Of a stretch of 64,000 nucleotides of DNA, positions 30,152 to 40,716 are shown one piece after another; positions within the stretch are counted from its first letter, which is position 1, and every line of letters starts with the position of its first letter. The notes beneath the pieces are model-generated. The model did no database searches. It was not told where the DNA came from and saw only the letters and a program-made list of their open reading frames with translations. This DNA is from Candidatus Babeliales bacterium (GTDB lineage Bacteria > Babelota > Babeliae > Babelales > JBFXEV01), in assembly GCA_050179755.1 (NCBI GenBank), contig JBFXEV010000001.1, forward strand, positions 521,994 to 585,993, read 5' to 3'. Position numbers and translations under genes: made by a program.

Positions 30152-30565
30152 TTAGTTAGATCGCTTTAGAAATGACCTACCTTTATCTACAGCATTCAGG
30201 GGAGGTTTTGGTTGACAAACTTTAGTTCGGCTGCTTACTTTTTGCTCCTTTTCATATTCCGTAATTTTGCCTTTTAAAAAGTTAACAACGGCAAGTTGAG
30301 GCATTACGGAAGAAAGAGTAAGTGCTTCATTGCCTGGTTGCAGTTGATAAGAATCGGTGCAATATTGGCCAGTTTTTGTTTTCTTTACACAGGTTTGAAA
30401 AACCGTTGCTTGCAAGTGCCGTTTTTGCGCGAGAGCAATAATGTTTTTTTCAGATTCATACACTTGAATCGTTCCATATTCCGGATGCTCAATGTGCATC
30501 ATGCCGAAAGCGGTGGGCAAACTTATAATGTGCGTGTATAGTATTATTAATAATTGTTTTTTCAT
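30152..30565 (-). CDS. Secreted hypothetical protein
   Basis: Signal peptide ending TAFG|M. Confidence 0.65.
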   Translation of the reverse strand: MKKQLLIILYTHIISLPTAFGMMHIEHPEYGTIQVYESEKNIIALAQKRHLQATVFQTCVKKTKTGQYCTDSYQLQPGNEALTLSSVMPQLAVVNFLKGKITEYEKEQKVSSRTKVCQPKPPLNAVDKGRSFLKRSN

Positions 30566-30589
30566 GAGGGTCCTAGTTATGTTCCTTTC

Positions 30590-32629
30590 TTACTCTAAAG
30601 TAATGTTACAGGCGCGTGCAACATACTCTTGCATATATTCATCCAAGCTATCAAAAATAAATTTGAGTGGTTTGCTTGAAGGATCGGTAAGGTTTAATGG
30701 TTTTTTCTCATGATAGCGCATAAGCGCATATAAAATCAAGCATATTTGCTGTGACGTGATATTGTTCCAATTGCAATTAGGTGGCGCAACTTCATAGGCT
30801 GCTTGGTTTGCGTATTCGATAATACTGCCGTTGGCTAGTGCTTGCCATTGATTAGTAAATTTACGAACCATAGATTCGGTAACCATATCTATTAAAAATG
30901 CACCGTCATCATCATCGTGCACGCGTAGGTATTTTGAATCGGGTGTGCTTTGCGCAGCACGCCCATTATCTACGTGGAGTACAACAGCGTGTGTTCTTTT
31001 ATCCCGTATTTCTAGCGAATGGTGCATGTTAGAAGGGTGGTTTTCGGGAACTGGCTTTAGATATGATAAAGCGTAGTATGGCCCCCTTTTTTGCCATTTA
31101 CCAAAAAAAACATATTTTAAGTTACTTACTTGTTCAACAACAGTTTGTGTTGCAAGATCAAATACAATGATGCGTGCGCATGTAACTTGTTTTCCATCTA
31201 TTTCTTCAAGGCTTAGTGCTGGTATAATGCAATAGGGGTATTCAGGGTCTTCAGAGAAAAAAGCGCTTTCAGGGCACTCACATTCTCTGTTGCCACGCAC
31301 TAATTCAAATTCACGTATTTTTGTTCGTTTTCTTAAATCGTATAAACACCCGATATTAGGATCTTTATAGGTATAGCAGTATCTGCCATCGGGAGAAATG
31401 CTTGGCCGTGGAGAATGCGATATTTGCCCAAGACACATGGTTGAGTTATCGGCAGGATAATATACGTTATACGTTGCAGTGCGATCTTCAACATTGGTAG
31501 GGATCACGCAGCATGAACTATCAGCTGCCCATGGTAAATCTCTCCAACGCGGATCGCTTGATGCTAGGGCAAAATTGTTGATAGGTTGCCCCCCTGCTTC
31601 AAGATCGTAAAGCCGGAGTTCATCCTTACAAGGCAATAAAAAGTATTTTTCATTAGGTGAGATTGCTGTTTTGCTGTCCCATCCTTTGGCTTCAGGAAAA
31701 GGAACCAGAATTTTTTGTGAGTGTGTGTCATACAAACCAATATGCGGACTTGTAGTTGCTTTGGGTTTTAATACGCCAAAACGTAAGCTTGGTGAAAAAT
31801 AATCAACAGGTAGTTCCACATCAGTGACATCATGAGGTGCGCGAACTACTTGCTTTGTAACAAGGTTAAATGCTTGCGTTGTTACTTTGCAAAAATTATG
31901 TGAATAGCCAGTTTTATATGCTGCAAGAGGCAGCATGCAAAATTGACTGTCAGCAGAAAATACTACAGGCTCCCAAGGCATAAGAAGAGAAGTGGTATGA
32001 ACAACTTCTTGAGTTGCAATGTCAATGATAACACCGTGGTTATTCCCTCTTTTTCCTGCAAGATAACGGCCATCTGTTGAGCACTGGGCACCACTGATGT
32101 TGCTTGCAATTTCTCTGGAGAGCTTGTCGTTTTGCAAAAATATATTTTTAAGGTGAGATGCTACGCGTGTTGCTGCAAGCATAACTTGTGCATAGTGTCT
32201 GTCTTGCGCAAGGCCCCATTCTGCACGAAATAACGATGGCTCTTCAACAAGTGTTGCATGCCAATCACTGAGTGCTTGGGGGTTACATAATGATTCTTGT
32301 AACAGAAACCCACGTGGATCCTCCTTGCGCTTTGAATTAAGTAATGCAGTAACTTTAAGTGCATGTTGGCGGCGTGTTCTGCCGCTTGCAAGATCAAGCG
32401 CTTCAATGGTAGAGTCTGATGCTGCTCGCTGCTCCATGCATTTACGCGCTTGCTCAACGCCTTGCCTGGTAAAAAGAACATCTTTTTGAAGTTGCGTAAT
32501 GGTGGGATGCTGGTGAGCATTATGTTGCGCAGTGCGAGGATTGGCCCACGAGAGCGTGAGGTGCTTTTTAACATCCATGCAAAAAAGAACGTTCGTAAAG
32601 AAAATGAATATGAAGTATAAGATGAGCAC
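30590..32629 (-). CDS. Secreted beta-propeller (WD40/YVTN-like) protein
   Basis: Recurrent S.DGRY / FSADS / ISPNEKY / ISPDGRY / TPDSKY blade motifs with LYDL strands. Confidence 0.7.
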   Translation of the reverse strand: MLILYFIFIFFTNVLFCMDVKKHLTLSWANPRTAQHNAHQHPTITQLQKDVLFTRQGVEQARKCMEQRAASDSTIEALDLASGRTRRQHALKVTALLNSKRKEDPRGFLLQESLCNPQALSDWHATLVEEPSLFRAEWGLAQDRHYAQVMLAATRVASHLKNIFLQNDKLSREIASNISGAQCSTDGRYLAGKRGNNHGVIIDIATQEVVHTTSLLMPWEPVVFSADSQFCMLPLAAYKTGYSHNFCKVTTQAFNLVTKQVVRAPHDVTDVELPVDYFSPSLRFGVLKPKATTSPHIGLYDTHSQKILVPFPEAKGWDSKTAISPNEKYFLLPCKDELRLYDLEAGGQPINNFALASSDPRWRDLPWAADSSCCVIPTNVEDRTATYNVYYPADNSTMCLGQISHSPRPSISPDGRYCYTYKDPNIGCLYDLRKRTKIREFELVRGNRECECPESAFFSEDPEYPYCIIPALSLEEIDGKQVTCARIIVFDLATQTVVEQVSNLKYVFFGKWQKRGPYYALSYLKPVPENHPSNMHHSLEIRDKRTHAVVLHVDNGRAAQSTPDSKYLRVHDDDDGAFLIDMVTESMVRKFTNQWQALANGSIIEYANQAAYEVAPPNCNWNNITSQQICLILYALMRYHEKKPLNLTDPSSKPLKFIFDSLDEYMQEYVARACNITLE

Positions 32630-32748
32630 GTAAGGGCCTTTTTTATGAACGCATCATGAACTAATGTTAGTTTAGCAAAGAATGCGATAAGGAGCGAGTG
32701 ATCCTTATGGTACATGAATAGTAATGTGTTCTCCGAGTAAAATGTTAT

Positions 32749-33576
32749 TTATTGATGCTCTTTGATAAAAGTGAGTATATCATTATTGATTGTTTCTGCA
32801 TGTGTGGTGAGCATGCCGTGCGGATATCCTTTATATATTTTAAGCGTAGCCTCCTTTAATATTTTTGCCGAAAGTAAGCCTGCGGCCTTTATGGGAACAA
32901 TTTGATCATCATCGCCATGCAGTACCAGTGTTGGCACGTTAATTTTTTTAAGATCTTCCGTAAAATCGGTTTCAGAAAATGCTTTAATGCAATCGTAGTG
33001 TGCTTTTGCACCGCCAAGCATTCCTTGCAGCCACCAGTGGTCACGAATACCTTCTGATATTTTTGCACCAGGTCGATTATAGCCATAAAAAGGAAGAGTA
33101 AGATCTTTATAAAATTGAGCGCGGTTTTTTGCAAGTTCTGCGCGTAATTCATCAAACACAGAGAGTGGCGATCCTAGGGGATTTTTTTCTGTTTTGAGCA
33201 TGAGAGGCGGCACGGCGCTTATAAGCACTTCAAGCGCTACGCGATTTTTGCCATGCTGTGCAACATAACGAGCAACTTCACCACCGCCGGGTGAATGGCC
33301 AATGTGAATCGTATTTTTGAGATTAAGTTTTTCAGTGAGTTGCGCCAAGTCATATGCATACGTGTCCATATCGTTGCCTTGCCATGTTTGCGTTGATCTG
33401 CCGTGGCCACGTCTATCATGTGCAATAACGCGATAACCTCTTTCTAAAAAGAATAGCATTTGTGCATCCCAATCGTCAGCGCTTAGGGGCCATCCGTGGC
33501 TAAACACTATGGGTTGGCCTGATCCCCAATCTTTGTAATATATCGTGGTGCCGTCTTGCGTTGCTATTGTTGGCAT
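32749..33576 (-). CDS. Non-heme chloroperoxidase-type alpha/beta hydrolase
   Basis: [46 protein letters not shown]. Confidence 0.93.
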   Translation of the reverse strand: MPTIATQDGTTIYYKDWGSGQPIVFSHGWPLSADDWDAQMLFFLERGYRVIAHDRRGHGRSTQTWQGNDMDTYAYDLAQLTEKLNLKNTIHIGHSPGGGEVARYVAQHGKNRVALEVLISAVPPLMLKTEKNPLGSPLSVFDELRAELAKNRAQFYKDLTLPFYGYNRPGAKISEGIRDHWWLQGMLGGAKAHYDCIKAFSETDFTEDLKKINVPTLVLHGDDDQIVPIKAAGLLSAKILKEATLKIYKGYPHGMLTTHAETINNDILTFIKEHQ

Positions 33577-33651
33577 AACTCGTTCCTTTTTGTATATGTT
33601 TTTTATTTTAGTATAGCAAAGAATAGTCGCTGCAGCGAAAGCACATTCTAA

Positions 33652-36246
33652 TTATATAGTTTTGTGCCGGACTAAGTATTTTCTTATTTCTTCAATTAAA
33701 AAAACAGGGCTTGCAAGCATTAGCACGAGCAGCCATTGTTCAATAGTTAAAGAGACGGTGTTGAATACTTTTTGGAGTATAGGAATATAGAGAATGGCAA
33801 GTTGCAAGATAAGCACAAGTACGGTTGCTGCAATAAGCCAAAGATTAGAGAATGGAGACATTTCAAGCAATGAGTGATGTTCTGATCTGCAATTCCATGC
33901 ATTAAACCATTGGCATGTTGCAAGCGTGGTCATTGCGAGTGTCCGAGCAAGCGTTAAATTAATGGGTGCGTAATAAGCAAATATGCCAATAGAGACGATA
34001 CCCATAGGAATAGACATTAAAGCAATTTTGAACCATGATGTAGCATCAAGCAAAGAATCTGAAACCGTATGGCGCGATTGTAAGATATCATGCTCTTGAG
34101 GTTCTTGAGAAAGTGCTGCATCAAGAAATCCATCAGTGACTAAGTTAATCCAAAGAATTTGTGCTGCAAGAATAGGCAATGGTAAGTTGACTATGAAAGA
34201 AAATAGTATGAGCCAAACTTCTGCTAAATTGGTGGTAAAAAAGTATAAAATCACGCGACGTAGCGCCAAAAAAATGGTGCGCCCTTCCTTTATTGCTTCT
34301 ATAATGCTTGCAAAAGAATCATCAAGCAAAATAAGGTCGGCAGCTTCTTTGGCAACTTCAGTACCAATGCCACCCATGGCAATGCCCAAATCGGCTGCAA
34401 CAAGTGCTGGTGCATCATTTACGCCATCACCGGTCATGGCAACGCGATTGCCTTGTTGTTGAAATGCTTGTGCAATGTGCAATTTTTGTTCGGGTGTGAC
34501 GCGTGAAAACACGGTAGTGGTAGCAAGTACGTTTTCCAGATTTTCACCGTTTTTTAATTCAGATCCATCAACAGCCGTATCGCCTTCTTGGAATATGCCA
34601 ACTGAGCGTGCTACATAGAGTGCAGTATCTTGGTGATCACCGGTTGCCATAACAATACGGAGCCCTGCTGCACGTGCGTTTTCAATCATATCTTTAACGT
34701 CAGAACGAATGGTGTCTTGAATCCCAAATAAACCTAAAATAGTAAGATCATGAAGTAGGCTCGGAAGATCTTTGGGTTGTACGGTTGTTTCATTAAATTC
34801 GGTAGTATCAATTTTCCGTTGCGCTGCGGCAACGGTGCGTAATCCTTTTTCAAGCATAATATCAAGAGCAGATTGTGCATTCTTAGTGTTGTTGTTTGCT
34901 AAGGCAAAAATAACTTCGGGTGCGCCAGTTACAAATAAATAATACGTATCATTATGTTTGTACAGCCCTGCTTGATAACGCAGTTCAGTGCTAAAAGGCA
35001 TATGCACTATGGTTTGATATTCATTTTGTGCAGTTACTAAGCCTGTTTTTTTGGCAAGTACGTCAATCGCAGCTTCGGTGGGATCTCCTTTTATGTGGAA
35101 CGTATCCGTTTCGGGTTGGTATTCAATTTCTGCTTGATTTAAAAGACCGCCGGCTATGATCAATCGCTCGAGTGTTGGATCTGATTCTGCTAGAGTTATT
35201 TTTTTATTATCGAATAATAGATTACCCTCTGTTTTATATCCTTGGCCGGTTACGTTATAAAATTTATCATGTGCGTAAAGTGATGTTACTATCATTTCAT
35301 TACGCGTAAGTGTTCCGGTTTTATCTATCATCAATATGTTAGTGCGACCTAAACCCTCAATTGCCTGCATACGCTTAGTTATTACATTTTTCTTGGCCAT
35401 GCGGTAAGCGCCGCTTACAAGTGTGAGAGTAAAGACGACGGGCAACCCTTCAGGGATCACGCAAATAAAGAGCGCAGTAATAATAACAAGAAGTTCACGT
35501 AACGGCTTACCCATAAGCAGGCCAACTATAAAAAGGCATACGCACATTATAAAAATGGCAATGAGAATGCGCTGTGCAAGTTGATCAATAGATTGTTTTA
35601 GTGGCGTATCGGTTTGTATTGTTTCTACAATAATATTTAGTTTGCCAAGTTTAGTATTTGGGCCTGTAGCAATGATTATTGCTTTGCCATGCCCTGTTAA
35701 TATGTAGGTGCCACTTGATAGATTATCATTTTCTTCTTTTGCTACCGGTGTAGATTCACCTGTTATAACCGCTTCATCAATAAGTATATTGTCTGCCTCA
35801 ATGAGTGTTGCGTCGGCAGGAACTTTTTCGCCCGCGTGAATAATTATAATATCGCCAGGCACCAATTCTTCTGATGGCACAATATCGGTAACGCTATCGC
35901 GCACTGTTGCAGTTTCTTGCGTAAAATATGTTTGCAAGCTTAAAAGTATTGATCGTGTGCGCCCTTCTTGAATAGTTCCGAGTAGTGCGTTAAAAAGGAG
36001 CACGCCGGTGATAATAAAAGCATCCATGCGGTGCCCCAATGCAAAAATAAGGGCTGCTGCAAGCACCAAAATGTATATGAGTGGATTTATAAATTGCCGT
36101 AAAAACACAAAAATAATAGATTCAGGAGCTTTGCGTGGTAATGCATTTGGCCCAAATTGTTTTTGTAGTTTTTGAACTTGCTCTTTTGTTAAACCAGTTT
36201 TTGGGTTGGTTTGTATGTTATTCATTATCGTGCGTTGTACCCTCAC
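33652..36246 (-). CDS. Cation-transporting P-type ATPase (P2A, Ca2+-type)
   Basis: TGES, IPEGLP, DKTGTLT, GDPTE, MTGDGVNDAPAL, QILWINLVTDG. Confidence 0.95.
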   Translation of the reverse strand: MRVQRTIMNNIQTNPKTGLTKEQVQKLQKQFGPNALPRKAPESIIFVFLRQFINPLIYILVLAAALIFALGHRMDAFIITGVLLFNALLGTIQEGRTRSILLSLQTYFTQETATVRDSVTDIVPSEELVPGDIIIIHAGEKVPADATLIEADNILIDEAVITGESTPVAKEENDNLSSGTYILTGHGKAIIIATGPNTKLGKLNIIVETIQTDTPLKQSIDQLAQRILIAIFIMCVCLFIVGLLMGKPLRELLVIITALFICVIPEGLPVVFTLTLVSGAYRMAKKNVITKRMQAIEGLGRTNILMIDKTGTLTRNEMIVTSLYAHDKFYNVTGQGYKTEGNLLFDNKKITLAESDPTLERLIIAGGLLNQAEIEYQPETDTFHIKGDPTEAAIDVLAKKTGLVTAQNEYQTIVHMPFSTELRYQAGLYKHNDTYYLFVTGAPEVIFALANNNTKNAQSALDIMLEKGLRTVAAAQRKIDTTEFNETTVQPKDLPSLLHDLTILGLFGIQDTIRSDVKDMIENARAAGLRIVMATGDHQDTALYVARSVGIFQEGDTAVDGSELKNGENLENVLATTTVFSRVTPEQKLHIAQAFQQQGNRVAMTGDGVNDAPALVAADLGIAMGGIGTEVAKEAADLILLDDSFASIIEAIKEGRTIFLALRRVILYFFTTNLAEVWLILFSFIVNLPLPILAAQILWINLVTDGFLDAALSQEPQEHDILQSRHTVSDSLLDATSWFKIALMSIPMGIVSIGIFAYYAPINLTLARTLAMTTLATCQWFNAWNCRSEHHSLLEMSPFSNLWLIAATVLVLILQLAILYIPILQKVFNTVSLTIEQWLLVLMLASPVFLIEEIRKYLVRHKTI

Positions 36247-36754
36247 CTATATGTTCAAGTTCGTCATTAAGCTCTTCAATATCGCTGCCAATAGCTTCAA
36301 GCAATTGGTCTCGTTCATCAAGCGCATCTTCTTCATCAGAAACCATGTTTTTTTCTTTATCGGTAAAATCTGGATTGTTAGAAATAAAAGTGGTTAAGCC
36401 TGGAACTTTGTGTTTACGTTGTGATTTTGAGTATCCTAAGCTAGTAAGAAGAGTTGTTTGCTCAGGAGTGATTAATTCTTTTTTTATACATAAAAATGGG
36501 GTAAATGCAGAAACTTTCTCTAAAAATCCTTTCCAGAGTGATTCGGGCCGCGCATCGCGTTCTCTTATTGCCGTATCACGCTCAGTCGTGAGTGTTTGTA
36601 TGCGGGTGTGCTGGTAATAATTGCCACAGGCAGATACGGCAAGTGCCGTGCTAACCAATGCTAACGAGCCACAAACCAAAGTCCATTCATCCATTGTTTT
36701 TGTTGTTGGTTGTGCAAGCATTATTGTTGCGCAAAGCAAGGAAAGTTTTTTCAT
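36218..36754 (-). CDS. Hypothetical protein, paralog of 36826..37491
   Basis: Signal/TM; FLEKVSAFTPFLCI..LIT..LGY block shared with neighbour. Confidence 0.7.
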   Translation of the reverse strand: MKKLSLLCATIMLAQPTTKTMDEWTLVCGSLALVSTALAVSACGNYYQHTRIQTLTTERDTAIRERDARPESLWKGFLEKVSAFTPFLCIKKELITPEQTTLLTSLGYSKSQRKHKVPGLTTFISNNPDFTDKEKNMVSDEEDALDERDQLLEAIGSDIEELNDELEHIGEGTTHDNE

Positions 36755-36825
36755 GATAACTCCTCCATTTCAATTATACTTCTTACTTTGAGTATAGGTA
36801 ATTACACTCTTTTTGTGCAACAATA

Positions 36826-37491
36826 TTATTGTTTTTCTTCTAATGCTAGTGAAATTTCATCTGAAATGCTGTTTATTTCTAGCGAAAGAGCATCTCTTTC
36901 TTTTGTGCGTTGCAAAGCATCTGAAAGTATGGTTTTTCTGCGTTCAGGCATTACTTGTGATGTATAGACCTTGCATCCGTCTATGGAATCTAAAGTTGGA
37001 TTAAAGCCCATATTGGTAAATACGTTGCGGTGTTGAAGAGTTATAACAGTTTCATCTACACAAAAGAATGGCACATATGTTTGTAGTCCCGTTAAGAATT
37101 GGAAAAATTTATCGCCTCTTGCCTTTTGCGCGGTGACTGCTCGTTGAGCTACGGTAAGTTCGCTTTCGAGCGAACGAATTTTTTCGTCTTTTTCTTGTAA
37201 TTTTTGCGTTTTTAACGTGTCTAAAGCAACTTGGCGTAAACTTTTGCTAAGTAATGTTTTGATTGCTTTCTTTTTTTCAGCAACAGTTGTCTCTAATGCT
37301 ATTTTTTCCTGCTTGAGCTTTTCTACATTTCTTTTTTGTAATTGGGTTTCAAGAATGGAAAAAACCAATACGGTGCCACCAATAAGCAGTGCTGGAAAGG
37401 CAAGTGCACGTATATCATCATTTTGGGCTTGTAGTTTGAAAGGATGCGCTATTAACAATACTATAAGGGAAAGTATGATCAATTTTTTCAT
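36826..37491 (-). CDS. Hypothetical coiled-coil protein, paralog of 36218..36754
   Basis: Start MKKLII; FLTGLQTYVPFFCV..VIT..MGF block. Confidence 0.7.
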   Translation of the reverse strand: MKKLIILSLIVLLIAHPFKLQAQNDDIRALAFPALLIGGTVLVFSILETQLQKRNVEKLKQEKIALETTVAEKKKAIKTLLSKSLRQVALDTLKTQKLQEKDEKIRSLESELTVAQRAVTAQKARGDKFFQFLTGLQTYVPFFCVDETVITLQHRNVFTNMGFNPTLDSIDGCKVYTSQVMPERRKTILSDALQRTKERDALSLEINSISDEISLALEEKQ

Positions 37492-37708
37492 GGTACCCTC
37501 TTTTGATACATAATTGATTAGAAATCTGCTTTGAGTATACGGTAGGTTTTTTTTAATTTGCAAGAGATGCATCATCTTTGCATGGTCAGATGGCAATATC
37601 TGAGCTTAGAATGCCAATAAGACATACGGCTATTGTGGCCGATGTTTTGGCTGTTGTATACTTAGTATACTAAGGGAAAGTAGTATCACATATCATAAAG
37701 AGGTTTAT

Positions 37709-38143
37709 ATGAAGCACATAACCTATTTTTTTCTGTATTTCATGTGTGGCGTAAGCGCCATGCGTGCAGAAATTAGCGCACATCCTATTGAACGCGGCCC
37801 ATTTGAAGTAGAATTTATTAATAAAACAGAAGATAAAATAAATATTTTTGTACGTACTGCAAGTTTTGATCAAGAAGCTGCACGTGAGTATGTACATTTT
37901 AAGGATGGCAAATGGGTGTATAGTGCTCAACCAGGGCCGCTTGAAACGCTCATTGCTCCGGGGTTTTCTTCACACACGGTGCCTGCAGGAGCAAGCTTTA
38001 AAAATAAGTTTGCGCATATGCCTACACTCATTACGGTGAAAAGTGCCGGAGAAGAAGCTGCCAAATCGGTGCCAGGAACTTTTGCGCTCAAAGCGGTGAT
38101 CATCACGGAAGACCCTACCGGTTTAGTGCTCAATTTTAAGTAG
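37709..38143 (+). CDS. Secreted hypothetical protein
   Basis: RBS gagg; signal peptide ending GVSA|M. Confidence 0.7.
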   Translation: MKHITYFFLYFMCGVSAMRAEISAHPIERGPFEVEFINKTEDKINIFVRTASFDQEAAREYVHFKDGKWVYSAQPGPLETLIAPGFSSHTVPAGASFKNKFAHMPTLITVKSAGEEAAKSVPGTFALKAVIITEDPTGLVLNFK

Positions 38144-39428
38144 AAACTACTACTGGTGTAATTTCCCAATCTTTAAACCTTGGTGCTGTTTTTAAATGCG
38201 TATAAGCATCATAAGGGAACTGTTTACCAGCAACAGGCGCTGAAAGTACCGTGTAGGCAGTGTTATCCCAAAGGCGCACAAGCCCTTTATTAATAACAAG
38301 CTGCTGGAGCATGTGGCCATAATGCTGATGCCCGCGAATTATTGCATGGAGCGTGTGATAGGCGCCACTCTGCGCTTTAAACCAATAATGCGTTAGTTCT
38401 TTGCCGTGCACCCAACCTCTACCTTTATTATAAGCGACAATCGGTGAGGCATAATTTGCTATATCTTCAATAAGATCGGCCCACATCAATCCAATTGTTT
38501 TGGGGCTCGTGGGGGCTCGTGGCACAAAGTTATCGATTTCATGCTCAGGTATATATCTGAGTACTTCATTTTTTAATGCAATAGGCAGCTGGCGCACATG
38601 ATCTGCGCGGTTAAGTGACGTGATTGCATTGTATTGTACTGCATCTGATGACGCCATAAGTGCGCTTGCATTAAAACCAAGCTCAGGCCCGCCATGGCAG
38701 CATTGAATGTAGTCTATGTGGCCATTTGTTTTTACACCAAGAAAAAGCGCCATGGGCATACTATCATACCATTGCACGATAGTTGAAAAATCTGCGTCTT
38801 TGTAATTTGCTCTATCAAAAAGTTCGTCTGCAAAGCCATACTGTTCATTTAAGCGCATGTCTTCATGATTGCCACGAATTAAGAAAACGTTGCGTGGATT
38901 TGCCATGCGAAGGCGCATTAACGTATAAATAACTTCTATGCCGTATTCGCCACGATCAACATAATCGCCCAAGAATATTAAATAAGCATGGGGGTTTTGA
39001 ATATAAAAATTATCATCAAGAACGTTCTGTTTTTTTAAATAATCGAGCGTGCGCAATAATGAATGAAAATTGCCATGCAAATCACCAAAAAAGTAGACGT
39101 TGCTCTCTTGCGGTATTATCACTCTTTGCACAAAGGGCGTAAAGCCAGGAGCTCCCGCTGTTAAAAATGGGCTGCTGCCAGTACTCCACAAAGAAGGCGT
39201 GCGCAGGTGTAGCGTGTTTACCGTGGTGCATTGAGCGGTCGTTTTAATGAGCGCATCACGGGAAAGAAAGCTCTTGGGGGGTGTCTGGGTGTGCTCGGGA
39301 TAAGCAAGTGCCTGCTCATGCAATTTACTTAAGGTGATATCAAAATGAACCGGATCGTTTGCATAGCTGAAAAAGTATGAAATGCAGAGAAAACCTAAAA
39401 AGATTGGCTTTTGAAGAACTTTATTCAT
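38136..39428 (-). CDS. PPP-family Ser/Thr protein phosphatase, signal peptide
   Basis: GDLHG, GDYVDRG, RGNHE, HGG, LMWAD, IRGHQ, TVLSAP; RBS aggagg before MNKVLQ. Confidence 0.9.
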   Translation of the reverse strand: MNKVLQKPIFLGFLCISYFFSYANDPVHFDITLSKLHEQALAYPEHTQTPPKSFLSRDALIKTTAQCTTVNTLHLRTPSLWSTGSSPFLTAGAPGFTPFVQRVIIPQESNVYFFGDLHGNFHSLLRTLDYLKKQNVLDDNFYIQNPHAYLIFLGDYVDRGEYGIEVIYTLMRLRMANPRNVFLIRGNHEDMRLNEQYGFADELFDRANYKDADFSTIVQWYDSMPMALFLGVKTNGHIDYIQCCHGGPELGFNASALMASSDAVQYNAITSLNRADHVRQLPIALKNEVLRYIPEHEIDNFVPRAPTSPKTIGLMWADLIEDIANYASPIVAYNKGRGWVHGKELTHYWFKAQSGAYHTLHAIIRGHQHYGHMLQQLVINKGLVRLWDNTAYTVLSAPVAGKQFPYDAYTHLKTAPRFKDWEITPVVVST

Positions 39429-39575
39429 GGGACCTCCTGAAGTTAAAGCTATCTCTAGGTAGTATATCATATTTGGGAGTTTCAAGCAAAAATTAGAATG
39501 ATATACTGAGTATTCAGGTAAGAGGCGGTAAAAGAACAATATGGAAGCAAAAAAAATATAAAAGAAAGGGTTCAT

Positions 39576-40256
39576 ATGCAATATTGTAAGTATTTAGTAT
39601 TGGGTATGTTGGGTGGTTCACTGTTTAATGTTATGCAGCCAATGGATCAGGCGCAACAACCAACTACACGAAATGATATTTTTAGAATTATTCGGGAAGC
39701 TGAATCTTTAGCGCAATCCAAACCTGGGAGCGCTTTAAGCTGGTTTCAACAAGCCTATTATGGTGCAGAATCGCGCTCATGGGATTATGGTCTTAAAGAC
39801 GGTAAGCTTGCATTGGTATTGCTTAAAGGGGCTGATTCTGAGCAAAAAGATGTTTGTGACATTCAATTGTTAAAATTATTGTTAGATAAGGTAGATTTAA
39901 TTCGCAGGGATACTGACGGCCCAATAGAAGAACATGCAACGTTGCTTTGTGCAAAGGTAGCGCATCGGCTTATGCTTGCCTATTGCGGCAGTTTGGCGCT
40001 TTCGCAAGACCTTGATATGGTATGGAAAGCAGAATCGCTTGCAAAGGCTACAAGAGAATTGTCGGATGCGGAAAAATTGGAAAAGGCACATGAGAAGGCG
40101 TTCGCAGGTGATGAACGTACGCGTGAAATGGGTGAGAGTCAAGTGCGTGAGCTTGAAGAACTAAAACAAGCAGAAATAAAATTTATGTTAGAACAGAGAG
40201 AAATTAGATTGAATCGGTTAAAAGAAAAAGAGGCTGCGCAGGAAGCGGATGAATAA
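39576..40256 (+). CDS. Secreted helical hypothetical protein
   Basis: Signal peptide; charged coiled-coil C-terminus. Confidence 0.7.
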   Translation: MQYCKYLVLGMLGGSLFNVMQPMDQAQQPTTRNDIFRIIREAESLAQSKPGSALSWFQQAYYGAESRSWDYGLKDGKLALVLLKGADSEQKDVCDIQLLKLLLDKVDLIRRDTDGPIEEHATLLCAKVAHRLMLAYCGSLALSQDLDMVWKAESLAKATRELSDAEKLEKAHEKAFAGDERTREMGESQVRELEELKQAEIKFMLEQREIRLNRLKEKEAAQEADE

Positions 40257-40286
40257 AAGAAGACTGGCCGTGCCAGGAAGCTGTTT

Positions 40287-40529
40287 TTATAATAATCTTT
40301 TTTTGGCAAATTCACGACCGGATCCTGACTTGATGAATTTTTCAAAAGCTATTGCTTTCTCTTTATCTTCAAATGCTAGGTAGGTAATTATTTTCCAGGG
40401 ACGATATTTTGATGTATGGGAAGACCCGCCTTCATTGTGTTTAGCTAGTCTTAGCTTTAGATTAATTGTTTGACCAAAATAATATTGTTCTGGATATTTT
40501 ATTGATTGAATTAAATAAATGAAGTGCAT
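40287..40529 (-). CDS. Small GIY-YIG nuclease family protein
   Basis: FIYLIQS..YYFGQT.NL..RL..HN.G..HT.KYRPW..A..FEK.IKSGSGR. Confidence 0.9.
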   Translation of the reverse strand: MHFIYLIQSIKYPEQYYFGQTINLKLRLAKHNEGGSSHTSKYRPWKIITYLAFEDKEKAIAFEKFIKSGSGREFAKKRLL

Positions 40530-40716
40530 TTGAATATAATATTTATAGTTTTTTTCTTATCGTATTATCGGCCCGCCTATGTTTATCCAGGCTCACTACG
40601 TTCGCTTGGCAAACGCCGGCGCGCAACCTGCGCTTTTAGCGTGAAGTTACAAAAATTACTTTTTAAGTGTATTCCCTTAAAGAGGCTGGTCTGCCAACCG
40701 GAGCTTTAGCGCAGGT

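Noticed and set aside
32161..32715. 184-aa alternative-frame ORF
   Set aside because: Overlaps the 679-aa propeller gene on the same strand; no recognisable motifs
32749..33576. Inactive hydrolase due to GHSPGG variant
   Set aside because: Catalytic Ser, Asp and His appear intact; a single substitution is insufficient evidence
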